Under the pieces are notes generated by a model. That model had not been told where the DNA came from and ran no database searches. It saw nothing but the letters and a program-made list of their open reading frames with translations. From Isurus oxyrinchus (lineage: Eukaryota), in NCBI GenBank assembly GCA_026770705.1, contig JANJGN010000150.1, forward strand, positions 1,116,001 to 1,180,000: a DNA stretch of 64,000 bases. The letters run 5' to 3'. Position numbers and translations under genes: made by a program. Within the stretch, counting starts at the first letter, position 1, and every line of letters starts with the position of its first letter. Shown one piece after another: positions 49,095-61,074 of the stretch.

Positions 49095-50546
49095 GTGAGT
49101 ACTTTTTTTTATTTGTTGATGGGATGGAGGTCTCACTGGCTAGACCAACATTTATTGCCCATCCCAAATTACCCTTTAACTGAGTGGCTTGCTGTGCAAT
49201 TTCGGAGGGTATTGAAGTGTCAACCACATCACTCTGGGTCTGGAGTCACATGTTAGCTAGACCCGGTAAGGACGGCAGATTTCCCTCCCTGGAGGACATT
49301 AGTGGACCAAATGTATTTTAACAACAATCGGCAATGTTTTCGTGGTCAGTTAGTATTTTAATTGCAGATTCTAATTGAATTATTTGACAAGTGGACACTT
49401 GACACTTTGGCCACCATTTGTCCACAATTATCTGCTTGCCAGCCAATTAGCACACACTATTCATGCAGTATCAATTGTTCCTTTTGAGATTTGGTATTCT
49501 TGCAATTCTGTTCTGATGAGTGAAAGATGAAAAGCTTTTACAGAACATCTCCTTTTACACCAATGCTCAAGTTCAGTACTGCCAAGTGACTATAAATATC
49601 TTCTTCTGTAAATCAGAATCCTGAATACTCTCTCAAATGACCAACACATCATTCCTGGTACATGAATCATAGAAAGTTAGTATGCAGGTGCAGCAAGTGG
49701 TTAGGAAGGCAAATGGAACGCTGGTGTTTATTGCAAGGGAGCTTGAATGTAAAAGTAGGGACGTATGTAACAACTGTACAGGCTCTTGGTGAGACTGCAT
49801 CAGGTGTACTGTGTACAGTCTTGGCTTCTGACATAGAAAAGATGGGTCTGAATGTGCAGCTGTAGACTACCTGTAATTCTGTGTAACATTATCTGCAGGT
49901 GAGGAATACAGTGCAGTTTGTACATGTTATATTGTTGGAGCTGTATCCAGTCCATGATTATATAAAGAGACTATTCAAATCTAGATTTTAAACCTTATGA
50001 GTTTCCCCATATTTAAAACATTTGATGATATGGGCAACATTTATGGCCCATCTCTAATTACCCCTTGAGCCGTTGTCTTCAACTGCTGCAGTCTATGTGC
50101 AGTAGGTACACCCACAGTGCAGTTAGGCAGTGAAATCCAGGATTTTGGCCCAGTGACAGTGTAGGAATGGCAATAGATTTCCAAGTCAGGATGGTGATGA
50201 TTTGGAGGGGAACTTGCAGGTGGTGGTGTTCCCATGAGTCTTCTGTCCTTGTCCTTCTAGATGTTAGAGGTCACAGATTTGGAAAGTGCTGTTAAAGGAG
50301 CCTTGGTGAGCAGTTGCAGTGCATCTTGTAGATGGTACACACTGCTGCCACTGTGCATCGGCGGTGGAGAGAGTGAATGTTGAAGATGGTGGGTGGATGC
50401 CGTTCACGTGGGATGCTTTGTCCTGGATGGTGTCGAGCCTCTTGAGTTTTGTTGGAGTTGCACTCATCCAGGCAAGTGGAGAGTGTTCCATCACACTCCT
50501 GACTTTAGCTCAGTGTTTAATGTGTTGATAATTTTGTATTTCAAAG

Positions 50547-50804
50547 ATTCTCCTCGCAATACATCTATCAAGATGACACTGGAAAAAGGAAAGATGATTT
50601 CTCTAAGTTGTTCCAGTGACGGGAATCCAGCAGTCCACAATTTCACCTGGTTTAAGATCTTCCAAGGCAAGGTGACGACTCTGGTGCTCACTGGTCAAAC
50701 TATTACAGTTCCTTATGGATTTGATGAGGAAATCTCCTACTACTGTGAAGCAACAAGTATCCTGGGCAGTTCCCAGTCTCTGCCCATTAGAATTCCCACT
50801 GAAT
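50547..50804 (+). CDS. Gene B repeated C2 exon B9
   Basis: 258 nt, open, AG/GT, phase 1-1. Confidence 0.9.
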
Positions 50805-52264
50805 GTGAGTAATATTTTTATTCGTTCATGGGATGGAGGTGTCACTGACTAGACCAACATTTATTGCCCATGCCAAATTACCCTGGAACAGAATGGCTTG
50901 CTGGGCCATTTCAGAGGGTATTGAAGAGACAACCACATTGCTGTGAGTCTGGAGCCACATGTAGGCCAGACCAGGTAAGGACAGCAGATTTCCCTCCCTA
51001 AAGGACATTAGTGACCCAGATGGGGTTTTAACAACAATCGGCAATGTTTTCATGGTCATCGTTAGACTTTCAATTCCAGATTCTAATTGAATTGGTTTGC
51101 AAGTGGACATGTGACACTTTGGCAAAAATTTGTCCACAATTATCTGCTTCCAAGGCAATCAGCACACTCTACTCATGCAGTATCAATTGTTATTCCTTTT
51201 GAGATTTGGTATTCTTGCAATTCTGTTCTGATGAGTGAAAGATGAAAAGCTTTTAGAGAATGTCTCCTTTTACACCAATGCTTAAGTTTAGCACTGCCAA
51301 GTGACTATAAATATCTTCTTCTGTAAATCAGAATCTTGAATACTCTCTCAAATGACTAACATATCATTCCTGGTACAAGAATCAGAGAAAGTTAGTATGC
51401 AGCTGCAGCAAGTGGTTAGGAAGGCAAATGGAACGTTGGTGTTTATTGCAAGCAAGCTTGAGTGTAAAAGTAGGGACACATGTAACAACTGTACAGGCTC
51501 TTGGTGAGACTGCATCAGGAGTACTGTGTACAGTCTTGGCTTCTGACATAGAAAAGATGGGGCTGAATATGCAGCTGTAGACTACCTGTAATTCTGTGTA
51601 ACATTATCTGCAGGTGATGAATACAGTGCAGTTTGTACTTGTTCTAGTGTTGGAGCTGTATCCAGTCCATGATTATATAAAGAGACTATTCAAATCTAGA
51701 TTTTAAACCTCATGGGTTTGCCCATATTTAACTCATTTGCTGATATGGGCAACATTTATTGCCCATCCCTAATTTCCCCTTGAGCCATTGTCTTGAACTG
51801 CTGCAGTTCATGTGCAGTAGATACAACCACAGTGCAGTTAGGCAGTGAGTTCCAGGATTTTGGCCCAGTGACAGTGTAAGAATGGCAATAGATTTCCAAG
51901 TCAGGACGGTGAATGACTTGGAGGGGAACTTGCAGGTGGTGGTGTTTCCATGAGTCTTCTGTCCTTGTCCTTCTAGATGTTAGAGGTCACAGGCTTGGAA
52001 GCTGCTGTTAAAGGAGCCTTGGTGAGCAGTTGCAATGCATCTTGTAGATGGTACACACACTGCTGCCACTGTGCATCGGCGGTGGAGAGAGTGAATGATG
52101 AAGATGGTGGGTGGATGCTGTTCAAGTGGGCTGCTTTGTCCTGGATGGTATCGAGCCTCTTGATTTTTGTTGGAGCCGCACTCATCCAGGCAAGTGGAGA
52201 GTGTTCCATCACACTCCTGACTTTAGCTCAGTGGTTAATGTGTTGATAATTTTGTATTTGAAAG

Positions 52265-52522
52265 ATTCTCCTCGCAATACATCTGTCAGGATGACACTAG
52301 GAAAAGGAAAGATGATTTCTCTAAGTTGTTCCAGTGACGGCAATCCAGCAGTCCACAATTTCACCTGGTTTAAGATCTCCCAAGGCAAGGTGACGAATCT
52401 GGCACTCGCTGGTCAAACTATTACAGTGCCTTATGGATTTGATGAGGAAATCTCCTACTTCTGTGAAGCAACAAGTATCCTGGGCAGTTCCCAATCTCTG
52501 CCCATTAGAATTCACACTGAAT
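52265..52522 (+). CDS. Gene B repeated C2 exon B10
   Basis: 258 nt, open, AG/GT, phase 1-1. Confidence 0.9.
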
Positions 52523-53970
52523 GTGAGTAATTTTTTTTTTTCGTTCTTGGGATGAAGGTCTCACTTGCTAGACCAACATTTATTGCCCATCCCAAATTAC
52601 CCTGGAACAGAGTGGTTTGCTGGGCCATTTCAGAGTGTATTGAAGAGTCAACCACATTGCTGTGGGTCTGGAGCCACATGTAGGCCAGACCAGGTAAGCA
52701 CAGCAGATTTCCCTCCCTAAAGGACATTAGTGAACCAGATGGGTTTTTAACAACAATCGGAAATGTTTTGGTCATTGTTAGAATTTTAATTCCAGATTCT
52801 AATTGAATTGCTTGGCAAGTGGACATTTGACACTTTGGCAACAATTTGTCCACAATTATCTGCTTCCAAGGCAATCATCACACTCTACTCATGCAGTATC
52901 AATTGTTGTTCCTTTTGAGATTTGGTATTCTTGCAATTCTGATCTGATGAGTGAAAGATAAAAAGCTTTTACAGAATATCTCATTTCACACCATGCTCAA
53001 GTTTAGTACTGCCAAGTGACTATAAATATCTTCTTCTGTAAATCAGAATCCTGAATACTCTCTCAAATGACTAACACATCATTCCTGGTACATGAATCAT
53101 AGAAAGTTAGTATGCAGGTGCAGCAAGTGGTTAGGAAGGCAAATGGAACGTAGGTGTTTATTGTAAGGGAGCTCGAGTGTAAAAGTAGGGACGCATGTTA
53201 CAATTTTACAGGCTCTTGGTGAGACTGCATCAGGAGTACTGTGTACAGTCTTGGCTTCGGACATAGAAAAGATCCGGCTGAATATGCAGCTGTAGACTAC
53301 CTGTAATTCTGTGTAACATTATCTGCAGGTGAGGAATACAGTGCAGTTTGTACTTGTGCTAGTGTTGGAGCTGTATCCAGTCCATGATTACATAAAGAGA
53401 CTATTCAAATCTAGATTTTAAACCTCATGAGTTTGCCCATATTTAATTCATTTGCTGATATGGGCAACATCCCTAATTACCGCTTGAGCCATTGTCTTGA
53501 ACTGCTGCAGTCCATGTGCATTAGGTACAACCACAGCAATGTTAGGCAGTGAGTTCCAGGATTTTGACCCAGTGACAGTGTAAGAATGGCAATAGATTTC
53601 CAAGTCAGGATGGTGAATGACTTGGAGGGGAACTTACAGGTGGTGGTGTTTCCATGAGTCTTCTGTCCTTGTCCTTCTAGATGTTAGAGGTCACAGATTT
53701 GGAAAGTGCTGTTAAAGGAGCCTTGGTGAGCAGTTGCAGTGCATCTTGTAGATGGTACACACACTGCTGCCACTGTGCATCGACGGTGGAGAGAGTGAAT
53801 GTTGAAGATGATGAGTGGTATGCCACTCAAGTGGGCTACTTTGTCCTGGATGGTATCAAGCTTCTTGAGTGTTGTGGGAGCTGCACTCATCCAGGCAAGT
53901 GGAGAGTATTCTATTCACACCCCTGACTTCAGCTCAGTGTTTAATGTGTTGATAATTTTGTATTTGAAAG

Positions 53971-54228
53971 ATTCTCCTCACAACACGTCTGTCAGGATGA
54001 CACTGGAAAAAGGAAAGATGATTTCTCTGAGTTGTTCCAGTGACGGGAATCCAGCAGTCCACAATTTCACCTGGTTTAAGATCTCCCAAGGCAAGGTGAC
54101 GAATCTCGCGCTCGCTGGTCAAACTATTGCAGTTTCTTATGGATTCGATGAGGAAATCTCCTACTACTGTGAAGCAACAAGTATCCTGGGCAGTTCCCAG
54201 TCTCTGCCCATTAGAATTCCCACTGAAT
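53971..54228 (+). CDS. Gene B repeated C2 exon B11 (last)
   Basis: 258 nt, open, AG/GT. Downstream intron leaves the unit consensus just after the donor. Confidence 0.9.
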
Positions 54229-54464
54229 GTGAGTAATTTCAATCCTGACTTTTAAACAATTCCACATCTTGTCCAAACTCCGAGGTGAACCAAATCTCCC
54301 CTTGGGTGTTGCTGAAAACATGCTGTCGAAGGTTTCAATCCTCGTCAGGACAGAGTCACGAGAAAACCCAATCTCAAAGGGAACAGCCATTTCTGATGCG
54401 GGGGAAGAGGGCGTGCTGATTGGCTGGCAAGTCGACATTTCTCCACAGTTTGTTCACAATTCTC

Positions 54465-54742
54465 AGTGATGGTGACCGTGAAACTGCCAGATTGCTGTAA
54501 AAACCCATCTGGTGCACAAATCTCCTTTAGGGAGGGAATTCTGCCATCCTTACCCGGTCTGGCCTACATGTGACTCCTGACCCACAGCGATGTGGGTGAA
54601 TCTTAACTGCCCCTCTGAATGGGCCGGGCATGCCACTCAGTTGTATTCGAGCGGGCGGCTCACCACCGCCTTCTCAAGGGGCAACTAGGGATGGGCAATA
54701 AACGCTGGCCCTGCCAGTGATGCCCACATTACTGAATGAATT
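54465..54742 (+). mobile_element. SINE 3' portion sharing its tail with the LINE at 26650-27720 (same family is antisense in the array units)
   Basis: ggtgaccgtgaaact...ccttacccggtctggcctacatgtgactcc...gggatgggcaataaacgctggcc...tgaatgaa. Confidence 0.7.
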
Positions 54743-54814
54743 CCAATAGAAGAGGAATCCTCCCATTCTAGAGATTGGCGATCCATACACTGGGCTGACA
54801 TTCCCAGTCATTCA

Positions 54815-55445
54815 ATAATCAGCCTGTTCCCCCATTCAATCAGATCACGGCTGGTCTGTATATTAACCCCATCCACCCACCTCGGTTCCTTAAACCTTAA
54901 ACACCCCCCGACCCAACAAAAATCTCTCAATCTCGGTTTTGAAATTTACGATTGACCCCTCCCAGCCTCGACAGCTTTTTCTGGGGGAGAGAGTTCCAGA
55001 TTTCCACCCCCGCTTTGTGTGAAGAAGTGCTTCCTGACATCACCCCCTGAACGGCCTGGCTCCAATTTTAAGGTTCTGCCCCCTTGTTCTGGACCCCCCC
55101 CCCACCTCAACCCCACCACCAGGGGAAATAGTTTCTCTCTGTCAACCCCATCGAATCCTTTAATCATCTTAAACCCCTCGATTAGATCACCCCTTAATCT
55201 TCGAGACTCGAGGGAACACAAGCCTGGTCTGTGCAACCTGTCCTCGGGATTTAACCCTTTCAGCCCCGGGATCGTTCTGGTGACTCTGGGCTGCAGCCCC
55301 TCCAAGGACAATATATCCTCCCTGAGGGGCGGGACCCACAACTGAAGCCATTAACTGCAGGTGGGCTCTGAGCAGAGATTTATAACCTGACGCATCACTC
55401 CGACCCTCTTTGTATCCCCGCTTCCTTGGGGTAAAGGCCCCTATT
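54815..55445 (-). mobile_element. CR1 LINE 3' fragment, antisense
   Basis: ORF 54946-55341: SLESRRLRGDLIEGFKMIKGFDGVDREKLFPL...RKHFFTQ. Confidence 0.85.
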
Positions 55446-55526
55446 CCATCGGAATTCTCTATTGCGACGGTGTGACTGACACGGGATATATTAACGGGAG
55501 GTTTTCCTCTGAACTGTATCTCACAG

Positions 55527-55832
55527 ATGGTGCGGTCATACTGCCAGAGTCCAGGTGTACACAGTATCTGACCAACCTCACCTGCCTCTGTCTGGTCCGT
55601 GCAAACTCCTCAGTCCACATCACGTGGGCTCTGCCGGGAAGGACGCTCAGACAGACAGGATCGGACGGGATCTACAAGACGGTGTCGGCCAGGGTCGGTC
55701 CCTTGGTAACCAACACGCTGACCATCAGTGGGAGCAACATGGCCGTTCAGACGGTGAACTGCTCTGTGGTGAATGATCGAGGGGACAGATACTTACAGAG
55801 GCGATTGGAAATCCAGGCTGTGGGGGAACAAG
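55527..55832 (+). CDS. Gene B membrane-proximal Ig exon, MAG domain-5-like (absent from gene A)
   Basis: cacAG| and caag|GTCAGT, 306 nt, phase 1-1. YGAVILPESRC...TCLCLVRAN...LVTNTLTI...VNCSVVNDRG parallels MAG D5 (ESHC...CLCVVKSN...LTSILTL...VICTARNLYG, recalled). Confidence 0.88.
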
Positions 55833-56014
55833 GTCAGTCCCTGCCCAAGGTCATTAAAGAGTAAATGACCATTGGATAGTGGACACACGGGGGATTCAGA
55901 AACCTGTCCCTATTCAGGACAAAACAAGGTCACGTTATTATAGTGCGGGACCAAGACACATCCCGAAAGACATTCCCATCGTATCCACGTCAGACGTTGA
56001 AGGCTGTGGCAGAG

Positions 56015-56701
56015 TGTGGCGCTGTCGGAGGGTCAGTACTGAGGGAGTGCTGCACTGTCGGAGGGTCAGTACTGAGGGAGTGCTGCACTGTCGGAGGGTC
56101 AGTACTGAGGGAGTGCTGCACTGTCGGAGGGTCAGTACTGAGGGAGTGCTGCACAGTCGGAGGGTCAGTACTGAGGGAGTGCTGCACAGTCGGAGGGTCA
56201 GTACTGAGGGAGTGCTGCACTGTCGGAGGGTCAGTACTGAGGGAGTGCCGCACTGTCTGAGGGTCACTACTGAAGGAGTGCTGCACTGTCGGAGGGTCAG
56301 TACTGAGGGAGTGCTGTACTGTCGGAGGGTCAGTACTGTTGGGAGTGCTGCACTGTCTGAGGGTCACTACTGAAGGAGTGCTGCACTGTCAGAGGGTCAG
56401 AACTGAGGGAGTGCTGCACTGTCAGAGGGTCAGTACTGAGGGTGTGCTGCACTGTCAAAGGGTCAGTACTGAGGGAGTGCTGCACTGTCGGAGGGTCAGT
56501 AATGAGAGAGTGCTACACTGTCAGAGGGACAGTACTGAGGCAGTGCTGCACTGTCAGAGGGTCAGTACTGAGGGTGTGCTGCACTGTCAGAGGGTCAGTA
56601 CTGAGGGAATGCCGCACTGTCTGAGGGTCACTACTGAAGGAGTGCTGCACTGTCAGAGGGTCAGTACTGAGGGTGTGCTGCACTGTCACAGAGTCAGTAC
56701 T
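56015..56701 (+). repeat. 33-bp minisatellite
   Basis: About 20 homogeneous gtcagtactgagggagtgctgcactgtcggagg units. Confidence 0.97.
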
Positions 56702-56704
56702 AAA

Positions 56705-57150
56705 GGAGGTTACAATTCTCAGGAAAGACTGAACAAGCTGGGATTCTTTTCTCTAGAAAAGAGAAGGCTGAACGGTGACTTGATTGAGGTCTTTAAAATG
56801 ATGAAAGCGTTTCAATAGGGTAGACGTAGAGATGATGTTTCCACTTATGGATGAGAACAGAACTAGGGGCCATCGATATAAGACCATCATTAATAAATCC
56901 AATGGGAAATTCAGGAGAAACTTCTTTACTCAGAGAGTGGGGAGAATGTGGGACTCGCTCCCACAGGGAGTGATCGAGGTGAATAGTGTTGATGTATTTA
57001 AGGGGGAAGCTGGATAAACACCTGAGTGAGAAAGGGGTAGAAGGACATGGTGATGGGGTGAGATAGAGAGGGGGTGGGGGGAGGCTCGTGTGGAGTAGAA
57101 ACACCAGCACAGAGCAGATGGGCTGAACGGTCTTTTGCTGTGCTGGAAGT
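56705..57150 (+). mobile_element. CR1 LINE 3' fragment
   Basis: ERLNKLGFFSLEKRRLNGDLIEVFKMMK...FRRNFFTQRV. Confidence 0.85.
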
Positions 57151-57584
57151 GAACTTTATCCTGTGATAATTCTAGGTCTCCTGCATTTATTCAATGCGCT
57201 GAGAACCTGAGGACACCCCAAAGAGCGTTCCAGCCTTTGCTTGGAGTGTGGTCACAGCCCTACTTCTGCACAGCAAGATCCCACAAATGCCAATGGCCAA
57301 ATAATCAGTTGATAATTATTTTATGTTAACTGTTGTGCTTTCAGGGCTGAGAGAACTCCCCCTGCACCCATCGTCTTTGCTCTTCTGCGCCTGGCCAAGA
57401 GACCTTGAGCGGACCAGGCTCATTATCTGTGATGCCTCCCACAGTAGGATAGCCAGCTGAGTAGGCTGCCACTTGACGATAATTGTGTGACGCTTGGTGA
57501 TTTATGGGAAGTGATCTTTACAGGGTGCGCGTGAGAATTTAAGGGATTTCTCACCTGATCATTTCACATTCTTCTCCTCCTTAG

Positions 57585-57705
57585 CTGGAACAACGTCTGG
57601 CCTGATGTGGAAAATTGGATTAGGTTCTGTGGGAGGGGCTGTCCTGCTCATCACTACGACAATCACGATTTACCTCATTACAAAGACATTCAGGAGAACG
57701 GACAA
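57585..57705 (+). CDS. Gene B transmembrane exon: AGTTSGLMWKIGLGSVGGAVLLITTTITIYLITKTFRRTDK
   Basis: cttctcctccttAG| and |GTGAGT, phase 1-2. Hydrophobic span then basic residues. LMWKIG resembles the start of the MAG TM. Confidence 0.85.
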
Positions 57706-57732
57706 GTGAGTGTGGGCACAACTGGGAAATCA

Positions 57733-60700
57733 ACCCTCCCTTTCTCTGTAACCTACTCCAATCCTTACACACCTCCCTATTTCTGTAACCTCCTCCAGTC
57801 CCTACAACCCTCCCTTTCTCTGTAACCTCCTCCAGCCCCTACAACCCTCCCTATCTCTGTAACCTCCTCCAGCCCCTACAACCCTCCCTATCTCTGTAAC
57901 CTCCTCCAGTCCCTACAACCCTCCCCATCTCAGTGACCCACATCAGACCCTACAACCCTCCCTATCTCTGTAACCTCCTCCAGCCCCGACAACCCTCCCT
58001 ATCTCTGTAACCTCCTCCAGCCCCGACAACCCTCCCTATCTCTGTAACCTCCTCCAGCCCCAACAACCCTCCCTTTCTGTAACCTCCTCCAGCCCCTACA
58101 ACCCTCCCTATCTCTGTAACCTCCAGCCCCTACAACCCTCCCTATCTCTGTAACCTCCTCCAGCCCCTACAACCCTCCCTTTCTCTGTAACCTCCTCCAG
58201 CCCCTACAACCCTCCTTATCTCTGTACCCTCCTCCAGCACCTACAACCCTCCCTTTCTGTAACCTCCTCCAGTCCCTACAACCCTCCCCATCTCAGTGAC
58301 CCACATCAGACCCTACAACCCTCCCTATCTCTGTAACCTCCTCCAGCCCCTACAACCCTCCCTATCTCTGTAACCTCCTCCAGCCCCTACAACCCTCCCT
58401 ATCTCTGTAACCTCCTCCAGCCCCTACAACCCTCCCTATCTCTGTAACCTCCTCCAGCCCCTACAACCCTCCCTATCTCTGTAACCTCCTCCAGCCCCTA
58501 CAACCCTCCCTATCTCTGTAACCTCCTCCAGCCCCTACAATCCTCCCTTTCTGTAACCTCCTCCAGCACCTACAACCCTCCCTATCTCTGTAAACTCCTC
58601 CAGCCCCTACAACCCTCCCTATCTCTGTAACCTCCTCCAGCCCCGACAACTCTCCCTATCTCTGTAACCTCCTCCAGCCCCTACAACCCTCCCTATCTCT
58701 GTAACCTCCTCCAGCCCCTACAACCCTCCCTATCTCTGTAACCTCCTCCAGCCCCTACAACCCTCCCTATCTCTGTAACCTCCTCCAGTCCCTACAACCC
58801 TCCCCATCTCAGTGACCCACATCAGACCCTACAACCCTCCCTATCTCTGTAACCTCCTCCAGCCCCGACAACCCTCCCTTTCTGTAACCTCCTCCAGCCC
58901 CTACAACCCTCCCTATCTCTGTAACCTCCTCCAGCCCCGACAACCCTCCCTATCTCTGTAACCTCCTCCAGTCCCTACAACCCTCCCTATCTCAGTGACC
59001 CACATCAGACCCTACAACCCTCCCTATCTCTGTAACCTCCTCCAGCGCCTACAACCCTCCCTATCTCTGTAACCTCCTCCAGCCCCTACAACCCTCCCTA
59101 TCTCTGTAACCTCCTCCAGCCCCTACAACCCTCCCTATCTCTGTAACCTCCTCCAGCCCCTACAACCCTCCCTATCTCTGTAACCTCCTCCAGTCCCTAC
59201 AACCCTCCCCATCTCAGTGACCCACATCAGACCCTACAACCCTCCCTATCTCTGTAACCTCCTCCAGCCCCGACAACCCTCCCTTTCTGTAACCTCCTCC
59301 AGCCCCTACAACCCTCCCTATCTCTGTAACCTCCTCCAGCCCCGACAACCCTCCCTATCTCTGTAACCTCCTCCAGTCCCTACAACCCTCCCTATCTCAG
59401 TGACCCACATCAGACCCTACAACCCTCCCCATCTCTGTAACCTCCTCCAGCGCCTACAACCCTCCCTATCTCTGTAACCTCCTCCAGCCCCTACAACCCT
59501 CCGTATCTCTGTAACCTCCTCCAGCCCGGACAACCCTCCCTATCTCTGTAACCTCCTCCAGCCCCGACAACCCTCCCTATCTCTGTAACCTCCTCCAGCC
59601 CCGACAACCCTCCCTATCTATATAGCCTCCTGCATCCTGCCAGAATCAGGAAAAGAACCGGAGGGGGAGATGAGGGGAATTTTATTTTGACACAGCGAGT
59701 TGTTGTGATCTGGAAGGCGCTGCCTGAAAGGGCGGTGGAAGCAGATTCAATAGCAACTTTCACAAGGGGGAATTGGATAAATACTCAAAGGGGAAAATTT
59801 TGCAGGTCTATGAGTGAAAGAGTGGGGTCACGGACATTCGGGACTAATTGGACAGATCTTTCAAAGAGCCAGCACAGGCACAATGGGCTGAATGGTTTGT
59901 TTTGTCTCCTTATTCCTCCTCCCTATCTCTGTAACCTCCTCCAGCCCCGACAACCCTCCCTATCTCTGTAACCTCCTCCAGTCCCTACAACCCTCCCTAT
60001 CTCAGTGACCCACATCAGACCCTACAACCCTCCCCATCTCTGTAACCTCCTCCAGCGCCTACAACCCTCCCTATCTCTGTAACCTCCTCCAGCCCCTACA
60101 ACCCTCCGTATCTCTGTAACCTCCTCCAGCCCGGACAACCCTCCCTATCTCTGTAACCTCCTCCAGCCCCTACAATCCTCCCTATCTCTGTAACCTCCTC
60201 CAGCCCCTACAACCCTCCCAATCTCTGTAACCTCCTCCAGCCCCGACAACCCTCCCTATCTCTGTAACCTCCTCCAGCCCCGACAACCCTCCCTTTCTCT
60301 GTAACCTCCTCCAGCCCCGACAACCCTCCCTATCTATATAGCCTCCTGCATCCTGCCAGAATCAGGAAAAGAACCGGAGGGGGAGATGAGGGGAATTTTA
60401 TTTTGACACAGCGAGTTGTTGTGATCTGGAAGGCGCTGCCTGAAAGGGCGGTGGAAGCAGATTCAATAGCAACTTTCACAAGGGGGAATTGGATAAATAC
60501 TCAAAGGGGAAAATTTTGCAGGTCTATGAGTGAAAGAGTGGGGTCACGGACATTCGGGACTAATTGGACAGATCTTTCAAAGAGCCAGCACAGGCACGAT
60601 GGGCTGAATGGTTTGTTTTGTCTCCTTATTCCTCCTCCCTATCTCTGTAACCCCTCCAGCCCCTACAACCCTCCCTATCTCTGTAACCCCTTCCAGCACC

Positions 60701-60783
60701 TACAACTCTCCCTATCTCTGTAACATCCTCCAGCACCTACAACCCTCCCTATCTCTGTAACCTCCTCCATCCCCTACAACCCT
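57733..60783 (+). repeat. 37-bp C-rich minisatellite with an internal 716-bp duplication containing a CR1 fragment
   Basis: Unit ccctccctatctctgtaacctcctccagcccctacaa. ORFs at 59687 and 60403 are near-identical. Confidence 0.97.
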
Positions 60784-61074
60784 CGAGATCTCAGCGCTCC
60801 TCCAATTCAGGCATCTCGATCATACCGATACCCATCGCTCCACCATTGGCGGATGTGCAAACAGCTGCCTGGGGCCCTAAGCTCGACAATTCCCTCTCTA
60901 AACCTCTACACCTCTCTCTCTCCTCCTTAAAAATATATCATTGATCGAGTTTTTTGCTGCTCGTGCTTTCACAACTTAATGTCAAATTTTGTGCAATAAT
61001 TGCTTCTCGGATGTTTTATCTCATTAACAGTGCTATAGATAAACATAAGTTGGTGTTGTGGTTGAAGTCCTATT

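Larger units (their letters stand above)
36075..54236 (+). repeat. Gene B tandem array of eleven ~1.7-kb exon-containing units
   Basis: Exon starts 36801, 38522, 40220, 41917, 43616, 45318, 47020, 48837, 50547, 52265, 53971. Spacing 1697-1721, with one of 1817. Confidence 0.97.

Noticed and set aside
36075-54236. Rearranging gene segments (V(D)J/VLR-like) or Dscam-like mutually exclusive exons
   Set aside because: No heptamer-spacer-nonamer signals were seen at exon edges. Exons are near-identical stalk domains with normal splice sites and 1.4-kb introns, so serial inclusion is simpler. Mutually exclusive splicing cannot be excluded without cDNA.
57733-60783. 37-bp repeat resembling a CRISPR array
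   Set aside because: Units are head-to-tail with no unique spacers, there are no cas genes, and the context is a vertebrate intron.
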